Assembly: GCA_020429915.1 (NCBI GenBank)
Contig: JAGQKV010000002.1
Location: 256,061-320,060, forward strand
Reading direction: 5' to 3'
Length of the DNA stretch: 64,000 bases
Source: Candidatus Omnitrophota bacterium
GTDB lineage: Bacteria > Omnitrophota > Gorgyraeia > Zapsychrales > Zapsychraceae
The notes below the pieces were generated by a model. The model saw nothing but the letters and a program-made list of their open reading frames with translations. It was not told the origin of the DNA and did not search any database. Both the position numbers and the translations under genes were made by a program. Positions within the stretch are counted from its first letter, which is position 1. Every line of letters begins with the position of its first letter. Of this stretch, positions 47,211-56,613 are shown piece by piece.

Positions 47211-47780
47211 TTACTCCCTCATGAGTTGCTGTATCAAGCGTTCAATGGCGAACCAGTCGAAACTGCCGAACCGCTGAAAACGGATACGGCCTTCTTTGTC
47301 GATGATGACAATTTCCGGGGTCCCCCGGATTCCGTAGGCTTGCATGGTTAATGGGGTCGGATTCCCCGGTGCGTGACGGTCGACCGCTACCGGATGCCGG
47401 ATCTTCTTCTCCGAAACGAACTGCAGCAGCCGCTGCGGAGTTTGGACATCATGCCCTTCAAACACCGAGTGGATACTGATCAACGCGATTTCCGGGTTGC
47501 CGCGAAACATTTTTTCCCACTTGATCATTAGCGGAATGGAAAAACGGTTGCATCCCGGGCACCACAGTTGGAAAAATTCGACAACGACAACTCTCCCCCG
47601 CAATTGCTGCAACGTGATCGGCTCGGTATTGATCCAGCCGCTGACTTGCCATTCCGGGGCCGTCTCCGGAGCCGAACTGTCCTCGGCAACTGCGGATTGC
47701 ACAGTCAGCGCGAGAGTCAGGACCGAAAACAGGCAAAAATATCGAAATGCGGACATAAGGCTATTATGCCATGCCGACAT
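47211..47780 (-). CDS. TlpA/ResA-like periplasmic thiol:disulfide oxidoreductase (thioredoxin fold)
   Basis: 189 aa; signal peptide; WCPGC active site. Confidence 0.75.
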   Translation of the reverse strand: MSAWHNSLMSAFRYFCLFSVLTLALTVQSAVAEDSSAPETAPEWQVSGWINTEPITLQQLRGRVVVVEFFQLWCPGCNRFSIPLMIKWEKMFRGNPEIALISIHSVFEGHDVQTPQRLLQFVSEKKIRHPVAVDRHAPGNPTPLTMQAYGIRGTPEIVIIDKEGRIRFQRFGSFDWFAIERLIQQLMRE

Positions 47781-47788
47781 CCCTTCGG

Positions 47789-48505
47789 CTACCGGCTGCT
47801 CATGGTTTGCAGAATAACCGCGTTGACCGAATTCAGATAAGTGTTGAGCTGCGCCGGCAGTCCGCTCCCCCCGTCCTGGTTAATAGTGATGGATTTTACC
47901 GGGCGGCTGTTGATGATGAAAGTCCACTTGATCGCCGTGACGGGATCCCGCGCCGGGTCGACGAATTGCGCCGGAAATCCCTTGAGCATATCCATTTCCA
48001 ACAGGGAACGGAAATATTCCTGGTTGACCAGACTGAACTCGAATTTGCGCAGCGGTTCAAGTACTTGCGCGGCGCACTCGGGCATGGCCGGATTCGCGAC
48101 GATCTCCACCGTCATAGGGCCTTTGTCGGAAATCGTGACGACTTGCCGGTTATGGCAGGGGCCCGGTCCTGGTTTCGAGCGGATAACGCTGTACGTCCCG
48201 ACATTGCTTCCCAAAGTATTGGCCCACTGCTTGTAACAGTTTTGAACTTCCGGCATATCGTCATGGATTGCGCCCTTCTTCGATCTGACGGCCTCCAGGC
48301 AACCTTCCAGAGTCAACCGGGCGGCTGGGACCGGATTGGCCGGCGGAGGCGTGTTCAGCGCTTCGGGAGTCGTTGCAAGACCGGTATCCTGAACCGGCCA
48401 GGAAATCTCCTCTCCCGCGTCGGCCGTCGACCGCATAAAACCGGTCACGCCGCACAGAAGAGCCATGATTATCAAGATATTGCGGAAAAGGGCATATTGG
48501 GGCAT
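47789..48505 (-). CDS. hypothetical secreted protein
   Basis: 238 aa; signal peptide (ILIIMALLCGVTGFMRSTADA); Pro-rich linker; no family recognised; the overlapping plus-strand ORF 47771..48562 is Arg-rich shadow. Confidence 0.5.
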   Translation of the reverse strand: MPQYALFRNILIIMALLCGVTGFMRSTADAGEEISWPVQDTGLATTPEALNTPPPANPVPAARLTLEGCLEAVRSKKGAIHDDMPEVQNCYKQWANTLGSNVGTYSVIRSKPGPGPCHNRQVVTISDKGPMTVEIVANPAMPECAAQVLEPLRKFEFSLVNQEYFRSLLEMDMLKGFPAQFVDPARDPVTAIKWTFIINSRPVKSITINQDGGSGLPAQLNTYLNSVNAVILQTMSSR

Positions 48506-48673
48506 ATCAGCTTCCTTGGAATAGGGATTAAAGAGACGTTAGGCCCGCGGGCCATGTTCTGAATGATTGTAACGCAAGGCGATAGACTTGGCAACGGTGG
48601 GATTGAAGGATTCTCGTCAGGGCCCGGGCTTCAGCCGACATGCGCCACGGCAGACGGCTCAGTGTGCCTCACA

Positions 48674-48751
48674 TCAGAAGGAGGTCAAAAAGAGAAAGAT
48701 CATGCAAGCCACGATATGAGGTGTCGGATCAAATAAATGCAATTTCGACAT
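48674..48751 (-). CDS. possible 26-aa small ORF (MSKLHLFDPTPHIVACMIFLFLTSF) with AAGGAG Shine-Dalgarno site, directly downstream of a perfect 11-bp hairpin
   Basis: read directly; hydrophobic C-terminus; speculative. Confidence 0.2.
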   Translation of the reverse strand: MSKLHLFDPTPHIVACMIFLFLTSF

Positions 48752-48966
48752 GGTCTCTCCTTAGCAGGTCACCGACGCAGGGCTGCGTCGGTGTTGCATA
48801 TTTTACGGTTAACTTTTAGATCAAACCTGAGAAATGGGGGAAAAATCCCCTTGGATCGGAACGGCTCGTGCTATCCAACAAGTATAGCCTGTGGATTCAC
48901 GATTTGCCAATTTTTGGGAGAAATATGGTCGGATCCCGTTATTCCGGGTGTCAAATCACCGGTTTC

Positions 48967-49953
48967 TTACTGCTGTCGATCAGATTCGCTGAGTTCCTCG
49001 CCGCGGATTTTGGCCGTCATAAAGGACACCAGGGTCCCGTTTGACTTGCCCAAGGCGTCTTCGGCCGCGTTCCGGTAAGAATCCGGATCGGCCTCTACTT
49101 CCACGCTGGTGGTGGACGTCCGGTTACCGATATTTCCGCCCAGGACGGAGCCGACCAGGGCAACGCCGTCGCTGACCTTGTCCATGGCTGTCGTGGCATC
49201 GGCCACGGATCCGAGCGGGATATCCGAACCGATCGGCTGCTGGATTTGAAAGATGACCGGCCCTTTTTCAGTGATGGCGGCGATCTCTCCGAACACATTG
49301 ATCCCCTGCCCCACAGTGACGTCGGATTTGTCCTTAAGGATGTTGAACTTCTTCTCGTTGCGCGCCATGGTCACAAAATTAACCGTATAATCAGCCTTCA
49401 GCATCACGGCATCGACGTCACGCGCCAGCATCAGCGCCTTGACCGCTATAGCCCCCGGAAAAAAACGGCCGCCCGGTGTGAATTGGGCGTGGTTCTTTTT
49501 GATGATCGGGTATTTCGACTTCTCCTGCAGTGATTGATAGTCGGGATTGTCATCGAGGATACCGACATCGACGACTTCGTACCCTTGTTCCCGCAGGCGG
49601 TCAAGCAGATCGGCGTACATGGCGTCGGTAATCTGCTGCATGGTGGCTTCGTCCACACCGGTCAACCGGGATTTGACCTTGGTTTTGGAGGTGGTGACGC
49701 CGCCGACCGCATTCAGGTATTTGCCGCCCGTGGCAAACGTGACCCGAAAATACGGGACGATCACTTTGTTGTTTTCCGGAATATGTTTGACCTTACCCAC
49801 AATATTCAGGTCATCCAGCGTCGTGGTCCAGAAATACCTCTTGGTCTTGATCTTTTGGGCTTTTTGAACTTCATCCTCCAGGATGTCGGTGCGCGCCGAA
49901 GCGATGCTCGCCGTCATCGCGGTTATCAGGAACACTGCCAGCAATCTTTTCAC
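48967..49953 (-). CDS. hypothetical secreted protein
   Basis: 328 aa; signal peptide (MKRLLAVFLITAMTASIASA); Lys/Gly/Val-rich, no family recognised. Confidence 0.5.
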   Translation of the reverse strand: MKRLLAVFLITAMTASIASARTDILEDEVQKAQKIKTKRYFWTTTLDDLNIVGKVKHIPENNKVIVPYFRVTFATGGKYLNAVGGVTTSKTKVKSRLTGVDEATMQQITDAMYADLLDRLREQGYEVVDVGILDDNPDYQSLQEKSKYPIIKKNHAQFTPGGRFFPGAIAVKALMLARDVDAVMLKADYTVNFVTMARNEKKFNILKDKSDVTVGQGINVFGEIAAITEKGPVIFQIQQPIGSDIPLGSVADATTAMDKVSDGVALVGSVLGGNIGNRTSTTSVEVEADPDSYRNAAEDALGKSNGTLVSFMTAKIRGEELSESDRQQ

Positions 49954-49977
49954 TACGGATCTCCTTTCCCGGGATTA

Positions 49978-50565
49978 TTATTTCCCCTTACGTAACGTCT
50001 TGGCCGCTTCCATTTGGGTGTGCAGAGGCATGCGGTAGGCCCCTTCGTGGACCTGCCGGACATCCTCCACCGTGTAGAAGGCCTGCGGATTGTATTCATC
50101 GATCAAGCGGACCACTTGGTTAATAAGACGCCGCTTGATAATCAGAAAAATGACATGCACGTCGCCCGTCGATCCTCTGGCCGGCACGCAGGTGTAACGG
50201 TACTCTTCCTTTTTCAGCCGTTCGATCAGATCGTGGGCCTCCACGCGGGTGACGATCCGGATCATGACCGAACCGAGCGCCAGCTTCTCCTCGATCGTCA
50301 TACCGACAAAGTTGCCTGCGGCAAATCCGCCGGCATAGGCAAAATAACAAGCGAAACTGTTGAGATTTTGAAAGACCTGCCCGATAGCGAGAAGCCAGAC
50401 CATCAGCTCACAAAAACCGAGAACCACGGTGAGTAGTTTGTATCCGCGCGACAGCGTCAGCAAACGGATCGTCCCGATACTCACGTCGCAGACACGGGCC
50501 AGGAAGATGAGGACCGGAAGCAATCCGTAGGTGTACAATTCCGAGTTGAAAAAGGCGGTATCCAT
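49978..50565 (-). CDS. UPF0316/DUF2179 family membrane protein (YebE-like)
   Basis: 195 aa; three TM helices then the DUF2179 domain; conserved GxxIEEKLALG segment. Confidence 0.6.
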   Translation of the reverse strand: MDTAFFNSELYTYGLLPVLIFLARVCDVSIGTIRLLTLSRGYKLLTVVLGFCELMVWLLAIGQVFQNLNSFACYFAYAGGFAAGNFVGMTIEEKLALGSVMIRIVTRVEAHDLIERLKKEEYRYTCVPARGSTGDVHVIFLIIKRRLINQVVRLIDEYNPQAFYTVEDVRQVHEGAYRMPLHTQMEAAKTLRKGK

Positions 50566-50593
50566 GCGGTTTTACATCTGTCCGGGAAGGCGG

Positions 50594-51127
50594 TTAAGGA
50601 GTCTCGGGTGCGGCGGGCGGCGGGGATGCCGGTGGCGATTCCCCTTTATTCTCCTGACACCAATCGACCACGGCCTGGTGCAGTGCCTTGAAATGGCTGC
50701 CGGAAAAGTATAATCCCCACGTTGAGTGCTCGAAATATTCAAAGGTCTTGGTATTGACGAAGATCGTCCCCATCATGGCATTGAGCGAGAATTGCGCCTC
50801 GGCCACGGCTTTGCCCTCACTCTGCTTGAGTTCTTCGTACACCTCGTTGTCACACCGGACGACCCAACAGATCTCCAATTCCTTCCACAAAACCGCGTTG
50901 CCGTACTTGTTGAGCAATCCCTTTCGGACCTTGGAAAAAAAGGCCTTGGCTGCCGCGTTGGAACGGACCACGCCCGGAGGTGTCAGGACGGCGCACAAAT
51001 TACGTACTTTCAGCGGCGGTGGATTCTCCACGAAAGCGATATAATCGACACCGTCGTGAATAATATCTTCCGATACGATGTAACCGAATTTCTGCAGGCC
51101 TTCGGTGATGTGGTCAAAAAGGGTCAT
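50594..51127 (-). CDS. hypothetical cytoplasmic protein
   Basis: 177 aa; no signal peptide; Pro-rich C-terminal tail (SPPASPPPAAPETP). Confidence 0.4.
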   Translation of the reverse strand: MTLFDHITEGLQKFGYIVSEDIIHDGVDYIAFVENPPPLKVRNLCAVLTPPGVVRSNAAAKAFFSKVRKGLLNKYGNAVLWKELEICWVVRCDNEVYEELKQSEGKAVAEAQFSLNAMMGTIFVNTKTFEYFEHSTWGLYFSGSHFKALHQAVVDWCQENKGESPPASPPPAAPETP

Positions 51128-51236
51128 TTACGTGTTGTCCTCGGTGAATCGATCCGTGATCCTTTAGAGCCTAACAGATTCCCTCGGCGAAATAAACACA
51201 TTTCCCAAATAATCGCGCGGAAGTCCGCCGGAGCGG

Positions 51237-51626
51237 TCACAGGATCCCGACGATGTGCCTGACCAAGATGGCAATGAAGATCAGCGAACCCAGCAGTGAG
51301 CAGACGAACACGGCTGCGGCCAGCGTGTCCTTGGAATACTTGACCAGGGGATGGAATTTGTGTTCGCAGGTGTAATCCAAGACCTTCTCCACCGATGTAT
51401 TGAATAATTCAAAGATGACCACCTGCGTCCACATGATGATGACCACCAGCGACTCGATAAATCCCGCCCCCATCGCCAGGGTGATGCCGATCAGAATGAG
51501 CGCCGAGATCACGGCCCGGCGGACACTCGCCTCTTGGGCAAAGGCGAAGCTGAACCCCTTCATGGCCACCGAGAAGCTTTCCTTCCAGTTGAGGTTCTTG
51601 ATCGGATCGCTGGAAGTCTTCATCAT
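51237..51626 (-). CDS. dgkA: diacylglycerol kinase family protein (DgkA/undecaprenol kinase-like)
   Basis: Start trimmed to MMKTSSDPIKNLNW (the track ORF extends to 51878). The 129 aa carry 3 TM helices and the conserved VVIFELFNTSVEKVLD / SKDTLAAAV motifs. Confidence 0.65.
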   Translation of the reverse strand: MMKTSSDPIKNLNWKESFSVAMKGFSFAFAQEASVRRAVISALILIGITLAMGAGFIESLVVIIMWTQVVIFELFNTSVEKVLDYTCEHKFHPLVKYSKDTLAAAVFVCSLLGSLIFIAILVRHIVGIL

Positions 51627-51631
51627 CTCCC

Positions 51632-52147
51632 TTACCCTTTTTTCTCCAGGCTTTGCGCCTGGATGGCCATGCCGAGCACGGTCAGTGCGACAAAGGCGAT
51701 GGCCTGGGTTTCGATGCCCCAGTACAGGTACGGACGAACCACGATCGCGGCCCCGAGTAGCGAGGACAAAAAGATCAACGCCCAATCGAGAAACATCAGC
51801 CCGATGACGCCGCCGAGCATCCCGCCGATCAGAGTCGGGATCTCCCAGCCCGACGCCAGGACCAGTATCCGCATGCACACGTCCATGGCGATCAGCGCGC
51901 CGGTGAGGAATCCTGCGACCACCACCGCCGCTTTTTGCAGCACCACCGCCAGGATCATTCCGAGCACCCCGGCCACGGCCGCGACGATCATCAGGGTAAT
52001 AAAATCCGCGCTGATCATGGTCTGCGACGCGATCTCGTAGCCCGCCAGAAATCCGGCGACCCCGACGAAAAACCAGAACAGGTTACGGCCGAAGAACACT
52101 AGCGTTCCCCCGAAGATCAGCGAGGCAATGGCATGATCAGTAAACAT
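51632..52147 (-). CDS. membrane protein (4-5 TM, Gly-rich)
   Basis: 171 aa; highly hydrophobic; no family confidently recognised. Confidence 0.45.
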   Translation of the reverse strand: MFTDHAIASLIFGGTLVFFGRNLFWFFVGVAGFLAGYEIASQTMISADFITLMIVAAVAGVLGMILAVVLQKAAVVVAGFLTGALIAMDVCMRILVLASGWEIPTLIGGMLGGVIGLMFLDWALIFLSSLLGAAIVVRPYLYWGIETQAIAFVALTVLGMAIQAQSLEKKG

Positions 52148-52177
52148 GGTCCCCTCCTGTTGGATTACGGGCGGCGT

Positions 52178-52549
52178 CTACTTGTCTTTTAAGGGCTGAA
52201 TAGAGATCACCGCATATGTCTCATTATCCGTGTCATGTACGGTGATGTCAAAATCGAAGGCCTGGATCAGGTCCAGCCCTTCCATGATCTGATTGTGAAA
52301 TGAGTGCTTGAAACTGATGCCGACCCCTGACCAGATGCACTGGGCGTTTTCCGGGCAGGGATCATTGTGAAATTTCTGGAGGGTCAGGCGGTAGCCGCTG
52401 TCCTGCAGTTCCACGCAGTCGGTCTCGCCCATCCGGATCTGTTGCCCGGCCTCCACCTGCACGCAGGCGGCATCCGCGCTGCGCGGGGTGAACCCGTGGG
52501 TCATCAGGGCCAGCTGGCAAAACACGGCCAGCAGGATCGGTACGGTCAT
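52178..52549 (-). CDS. small secreted Cys-containing protein
   Basis: Start trimmed to MTVPILLAVFCQLALMTHG (signal peptide); four Cys residues. Confidence 0.4.
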   Translation of the reverse strand: MTVPILLAVFCQLALMTHGFTPRSADAACVQVEAGQQIRMGETDCVELQDSGYRLTLQKFHNDPCPENAQCIWSGVGISFKHSFHNQIMEGLDLIQAFDFDITVHDTDNETYAVISIQPLKDK

Positions 52550-52590
52550 CGTTAATTGATGAAAGGCATATTCACAACGGTTAAAGCGCA

Positions 52591-53016
52591 TTAGAATCCC
52601 CAGTTTTTGATGTCATCCCGGCCGGTCTTTCTGTCCGCGCCGAGCGAAGCCAAATCATAGCCTTCGGTATTTTTGATCCCCGGGTAAACGTATACGTAAG
52701 GGGATCCCCACGGATCCAGTACCGCCTCCGGCCGGTTGACATACGGTCCGTTCCAGGTCTTGCCGGAACCCGGCCCGCCGGCCGGCGGTTTGACCAGCGC
52801 GTCCAAACCTTGCCAGGTCGAGGGAAAGTCTCCGTTGTCCCGGCGGAAGGCCTCCAGGGCCGCGGGCAGCCCGGTGCGGATATCGCCCTCGGCCCATTTT
52901 ACCTTGACCGGGTCCGCGGGGGACAGCATTTTCGGGAGAATCACGGAGGCCACCGATCCGATCACAATCACCAGTAACATCAAATCGATGTCGATTAAAT
53001 GGCGCGGGACCTTCAT
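52591..53016 (-). CDS. GspG/PulG-like type II secretion pseudopilin homolog with non-canonical prepilin leader
   Basis: Start at MKVPRH (ATGA overlap with upstream gene); strongly GspG-like globular domain (LPAALEAFRRDNGDFPSTWQGLDALV...DPWGSPYVYVYPG...DLASLGADRKTGRDDIKNW) but leader is PRH/LIDID instead of G/FTLIE. Confidence 0.7.
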   Translation of the reverse strand: MKVPRHLIDIDLMLLVIVIGSVASVILPKMLSPADPVKVKWAEGDIRTGLPAALEAFRRDNGDFPSTWQGLDALVKPPAGGPGSGKTWNGPYVNRPEAVLDPWGSPYVYVYPGIKNTEGYDLASLGADRKTGRDDIKNWGF

Positions 53017-53753
53017 ATCGCCGGGTTCTTGACGGCCTTTTGCGCCGTCTCCAGCCATGTCCTGTGCTCACGGCGGTAAAACGGCGGGGAAATTTTGCAC
53101 TTCTGGATGATATCCCTGAAGATCTTATCCGCCTCTTCGTCACGTCCGATTTCCTTGAGCAGCAGGGCGTAACGGCAGCGCGCCTCCTCGCCCAGGGCGT
53201 ACTCCATCAATTTCTCATACTCACGCAGCGCGCCGTCGGTATCGCCCAACTGCTGCAGGCTGAGGGTGTACAACAAGTGCACGCGCTGGTTTTCATATTT
53301 GCCGAGCGAGTTCTTGGCGTCTTTCAACAACTCGCGGGTCTGCTCGTAGTCTTTCTTTGAGAAGTGTGCCAGCGCAAGTTTCTCCACGAGTTCCGGATCG
53401 TCTCCCTGCGGCTTTTTTCGGTATGGCTCCATGACCGCGATGGCCTCGTCGAACTGCTTGCGGCCGATGTAGGCGTCGCCCAGGGAAATGCGGTTTTCCA
53501 GGGTGTCGGAGATTTCCAATTGTTCCTTGAGTTTGTTGATTTTGTGCTGCGGCGCGATCGCGTCGGTCGCTCCCGAGGCCGCGCGGTTGGCGGCCGGCTG
53601 CAATTCCGGCAAAACCTCGACAAAGAAATACACCGCGCAGCCGATCAGCGAAAAAAACAGGATGATCCAGATCCAAAAATACCGCCCCGTCTTGTACGCG
53701 TGCACGGCGCAGATGACTTGGAGGATGACGGAGAGGGATAGGGGAATATACAT
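53013..53753 (-). CDS. membrane protein with cytoplasmic TPR-like repeats
   Basis: 246 aa; two N-terminal TM helices then ~190 aa helical repeats (TPR-like); co-transcribed with the GspG-like gene. Confidence 0.5.
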   Translation of the reverse strand: MYIPLSLSVILQVICAVHAYKTGRYFWIWIILFFSLIGCAVYFFVEVLPELQPAANRAASGATDAIAPQHKINKLKEQLEISDTLENRISLGDAYIGRKQFDEAIAVMEPYRKKPQGDDPELVEKLALAHFSKKDYEQTRELLKDAKNSLGKYENQRVHLLYTLSLQQLGDTDGALREYEKLMEYALGEEARCRYALLLKEIGRDEEADKIFRDIIQKCKISPPFYRREHRTWLETAQKAVKNPAI

Positions 53754-53961
53754 AGATTCTGAATTTGAACTTTAGACTAGTTGCTGGAATTGATAGTCTC
53801 TTCGGATATTTTTGATTTATTTTCTTCCCACCATTTATTTTGTTTGTCTAATACAAAACGCTGTGAATACCCTACACCCGATTCCTTACTAAAATATGTT
53901 TGTCCGAGAAATATGGCCAGTAAACTGTTTCTATAATTAGGTGAAGAAATTTTGGTGTGCT

Positions 53962-54816
53962 CTATCGCCTAGTGGTTTGATTCCCGACCGGGTTGCCGGT
54001 GAACTGCCACTTTTGGATTTGGCCGACATACTCAACGCCGTCCTGGCTCTTCAGCCGGACCTCGCCGACGGGTTCGCCGTTGATGAAATTCCCTCTGATT
54101 TCCTGGCCGTTCGAATACAATGTCCCGGGACCGTACATCACGCCTTTGACAAAGGTCCCGGCATAAACGATGCCGTTGGCATAGGTGATGCGCCCGTTGC
54201 CTTCAGGCCGGGAATCGACAAAATCGCCTTCATAAACCGACCCGTCGAATTTTGTCATCTTGCCTTTCCCGTTGAGCAAACCGTTTTCAAAGACGCCGTG
54301 CAGTTTGGAACCGTCCCGAAAGACCACCGAACCGGGACCGCTCAAGTGACCGTTTTTGAAGCGCCCTTTATGCAGATCGCCGTAAGATGTGGCCAGGACA
54401 CCGGTGCCGTGATAATATCCGTTGATAAAATCGCCTTTGTAAGTCTCGCCGTCGCGGCCGATAAACTCGGCCTGCCCGTGGACATTGCCGCGGACGAACT
54501 CACCCACATACCGGTCGCCGTTGGCCAGGATCAGTTCCCCCTGCCCGTGGAAAAAACCGTCCTCGAAATCTCCGGTGTAGGTATAGCCGTACGCCTGGAC
54601 GAGTTTTCCCTTGCCGTGAAATTTACCGTTGAGATATTCACCGGAATACGTGGAGTTGTCCGGAAGGGTCCGACTGCCGCTGCCGATCCGGGGCTGATTG
54701 GGGGCACCTCCGATTTCGGGCGTGGCGCTGAGATTGACACGTGGTTGTTGTGCCGCCGCCGGGACGGCCCAGACAAGAAACAGGAATAAAACGGAATATC
54801 GATTGCGGAGTAACAT
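53962..54816 (-). CDS. secreted MORN-repeat protein
   Basis: 284 aa; signal peptide; ~10 consecutive YxGxxxxGxxHGxG MORN repeats. Confidence 0.75.
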   Translation of the reverse strand: MLLRNRYSVLFLFLVWAVPAAAQQPRVNLSATPEIGGAPNQPRIGSGSRTLPDNSTYSGEYLNGKFHGKGKLVQAYGYTYTGDFEDGFFHGQGELILANGDRYVGEFVRGNVHGQAEFIGRDGETYKGDFINGYYHGTGVLATSYGDLHKGRFKNGHLSGPGSVVFRDGSKLHGVFENGLLNGKGKMTKFDGSVYEGDFVDSRPEGNGRITYANGIVYAGTFVKGVMYGPGTLYSNGQEIRGNFINGEPVGEVRLKSQDGVEYVGQIQKWQFTGNPVGNQTTRR

Positions 54817-54998
54817 CTTCGGGGTGCGCCTTGTTTGGGGTTAAGCCGGCGGCCCGGCCTCACTGCTCTCACGTGAAGTAATTATATGTCATTTCATTAT
54901 TTGTGGCAAGTATCTGCGGTGGATTGCGGCTGCGGGCGGGAAAACTCTTGCCGAAGCAAATTAAACTTATGATGTCCGTGTTCGGCTTCAGCATACCG

Positions 54999-55023
54999 GT
55001 TCATTCGACTGCGTCGAATGAAC
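54999..55023 (-). terminator. perfect 11-bp hairpin (GTTCATTCGAC-TGC-GTCGAATGAAC) immediately 3' of the tRNA
   Basis: read directly; no clear U-tract, so possibly tRNA 3' processing/termination structure. Confidence 0.35.
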
Positions 55024-55024
55024 A

Positions 55025-55098
55025 TGGGCGCAGAAGGACTCGAACCTTCGACCTCTGCCATGTGAAGGCAGCGCTCTAACCAGCTGAGCTATGCGCCC
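55025..55098 (-). tRNA. tRNA-Val (anticodon CAC)
   Basis: The minus-strand sequence GGGCGCATAGCTCAGCTGGTTAGAGCGCTGCCTTCACATGGCAGAGGTCGAAGGTTCGAGTCCTTCTGCGCCCA folds into a canonical cloverleaf. It has a 7-bp acceptor stem, a GCTC/GAGC D-stem, an anticodon loop TTCACAT and a TTCGAGT T-loop. CCA is not encoded. Confidence 0.85.
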
Positions 55099-55256
55099 AA
55101 AATGAGGAAACCGCGATACCAGAAAATCGCGGGATTCAGGTGATCGAAACGGACCGCTGCATGAGCGGTCACGTATCAGTAAGGGATAATGATAAATAAA
55201 AACAGAGCGGGAGTCAATAGGTAAGCGCGCGGATCACCGGACAGGTGCGGACGCTG

Positions 55257-55610
55257 TTAAAAATTGAACATCGTCTCTTCAAACTTGGCGTTCTCAAAGA
55301 TCCGGTCGTAGTCCGTAACCAAAGGTGATATTTCGCGAATGTCTTCGGTGCGGTAATAAGATGTCCCGTTCAGGCCGATCAAATCGGCGTTGTGGCCGTA
55401 TATATAATACTTCAGGTAGGATCTATTGGTCACATCATCGTCCTCTTCACTGACCCAATGGACCTTATCCAGGCGGAAATAGAATCCTTTGTAGCGGTTC
55501 TCCAGAATCTCGGTTAATACCGATTCTTTGATCATTCCGCGGACGGATGTGTAATCGTCGTCGCTTTTTTCAAGGGTGATTTCCACCCATACCTTTGCTG
55601 TCGTCGCCAT
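55257..55610 (-). CDS. hypothetical protein (117 aa)
   Basis: acidic, Tyr-rich; no signal peptide; no family recognised. Confidence 0.4.
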   Translation of the reverse strand: MATTAKVWVEITLEKSDDDYTSVRGMIKESVLTEILENRYKGFYFRLDKVHWVSEEDDDVTNRSYLKYYIYGHNADLIGLNGTSYYRTEDIREISPLVTDYDRIFENAKFEETMFNF

Positions 55611-55810
55611 GTTGTGCCTCCTGTTCGATGGTGATGGCCGCGGTGCGGCCGGTGTCTTGCCGGAGGACTATTATAGGAGAACGCCGGTCTGCTGGCAAGC
55701 CGCTTAAAGTCTTATTAGTTATTATGTTTCAAACACTTATGACTATTTTTATGGTAAGGTCGGGAAAGCGGAATTGTTCGGGCCGCGGACGGCCCCTCAA
55801 AATGGGCCTC

Positions 55811-56605
55811 CTAGGGGGTGGGATCTTTGCGGGGACGGGGAATATGCCAGCGATTTCTCTCCTTATGGATCATTTCTCCGGCCAAATCCTGCAAAAATCG
55901 CGCCTGCTCCGGCTTTAATCCGGCCGTATAACTGCTTCCAAAGGGGCTGCGTTGATATAATGCGGCGTAAATCACGCAGGCCGCCAAATATGTCCCCGCG
56001 AGGGTGGGCGTTTGGCCGTCGCTGAAGAAAAGGACGATGCCTTTGTCATTATTAAGGGCACGGCGCATCGCCTCTCCGACCGGTGCGATCATGATTTCGC
56101 CATGTTCGGCCGCTTCTCGATAGCTGTCGGTGAGCGCCTTCTGCATGGAGTTAAAATCGCCGTACGGTGTCTTACGGGCCCCCTGCCTCGAGGCCCATGT
56201 GACAAACAGGACGGGTGTGGCCCCGCGGTCGGTGACAATTTTACGAAAGCGCTGCACCGCCGGGATCATGCTGCGTTCCCGCATGCGCTCATCCAGCGGC
56301 AAAATGCCGTGCTCCTGCAGGATCACATAGTCCCATTGCTGCCGTTTCAGCAAGAGTTTGGTCTTATCCAGCTGAAAATGTTGCATTAACCGAAAACCGG
56401 GCATGGTGGACTTGCCGGTCATCAGTGCGTCGCCCGTCCCTGCGGCCAATTTCTCGAGCATTTGGGGCAGGTCATTGGCATCCGTATACTCATTGCCGAT
56501 AAATAAGACCCTGGCCACCGGCTGCGCAGCCGCCGGCGCCGTCCACATGGCGGCCAATCCCGCCAGTAATATTAAGGTAATGAATTTTACCTGCTGCATA
56601 ATCAT
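55811..56605 (-). CDS. secreted SGNH/GDSL-like hydrolase-fold protein (DUF4886-like)
   Basis: 264 aa; signal peptide; block-I-like VLFIGNEYT and a distal DxxH-like region. Confidence 0.5.
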   Translation of the reverse strand: MIMQQVKFITLILLAGLAAMWTAPAAAQPVARVLFIGNEYTDANDLPQMLEKLAAGTGDALMTGKSTMPGFRLMQHFQLDKTKLLLKRQQWDYVILQEHGILPLDERMRERSMIPAVQRFRKIVTDRGATPVLFVTWASRQGARKTPYGDFNSMQKALTDSYREAAEHGEIMIAPVGEAMRRALNNDKGIVLFFSDGQTPTLAGTYLAACVIYAALYQRSPFGSSYTAGLKPEQARFLQDLAGEMIHKERNRWHIPRPRKDPTP

Positions 56606-56613
56606 TCAACCCT

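Noticed and set aside
55186-55204. Fur-box-like GATAATGATAAATAAAAAC between the 55257-55610 gene and tRNA-Val
   Set aside because: Only 14/19 match, in a 3' or intergenic position with no obvious iron-related target. Not reported as a feature.
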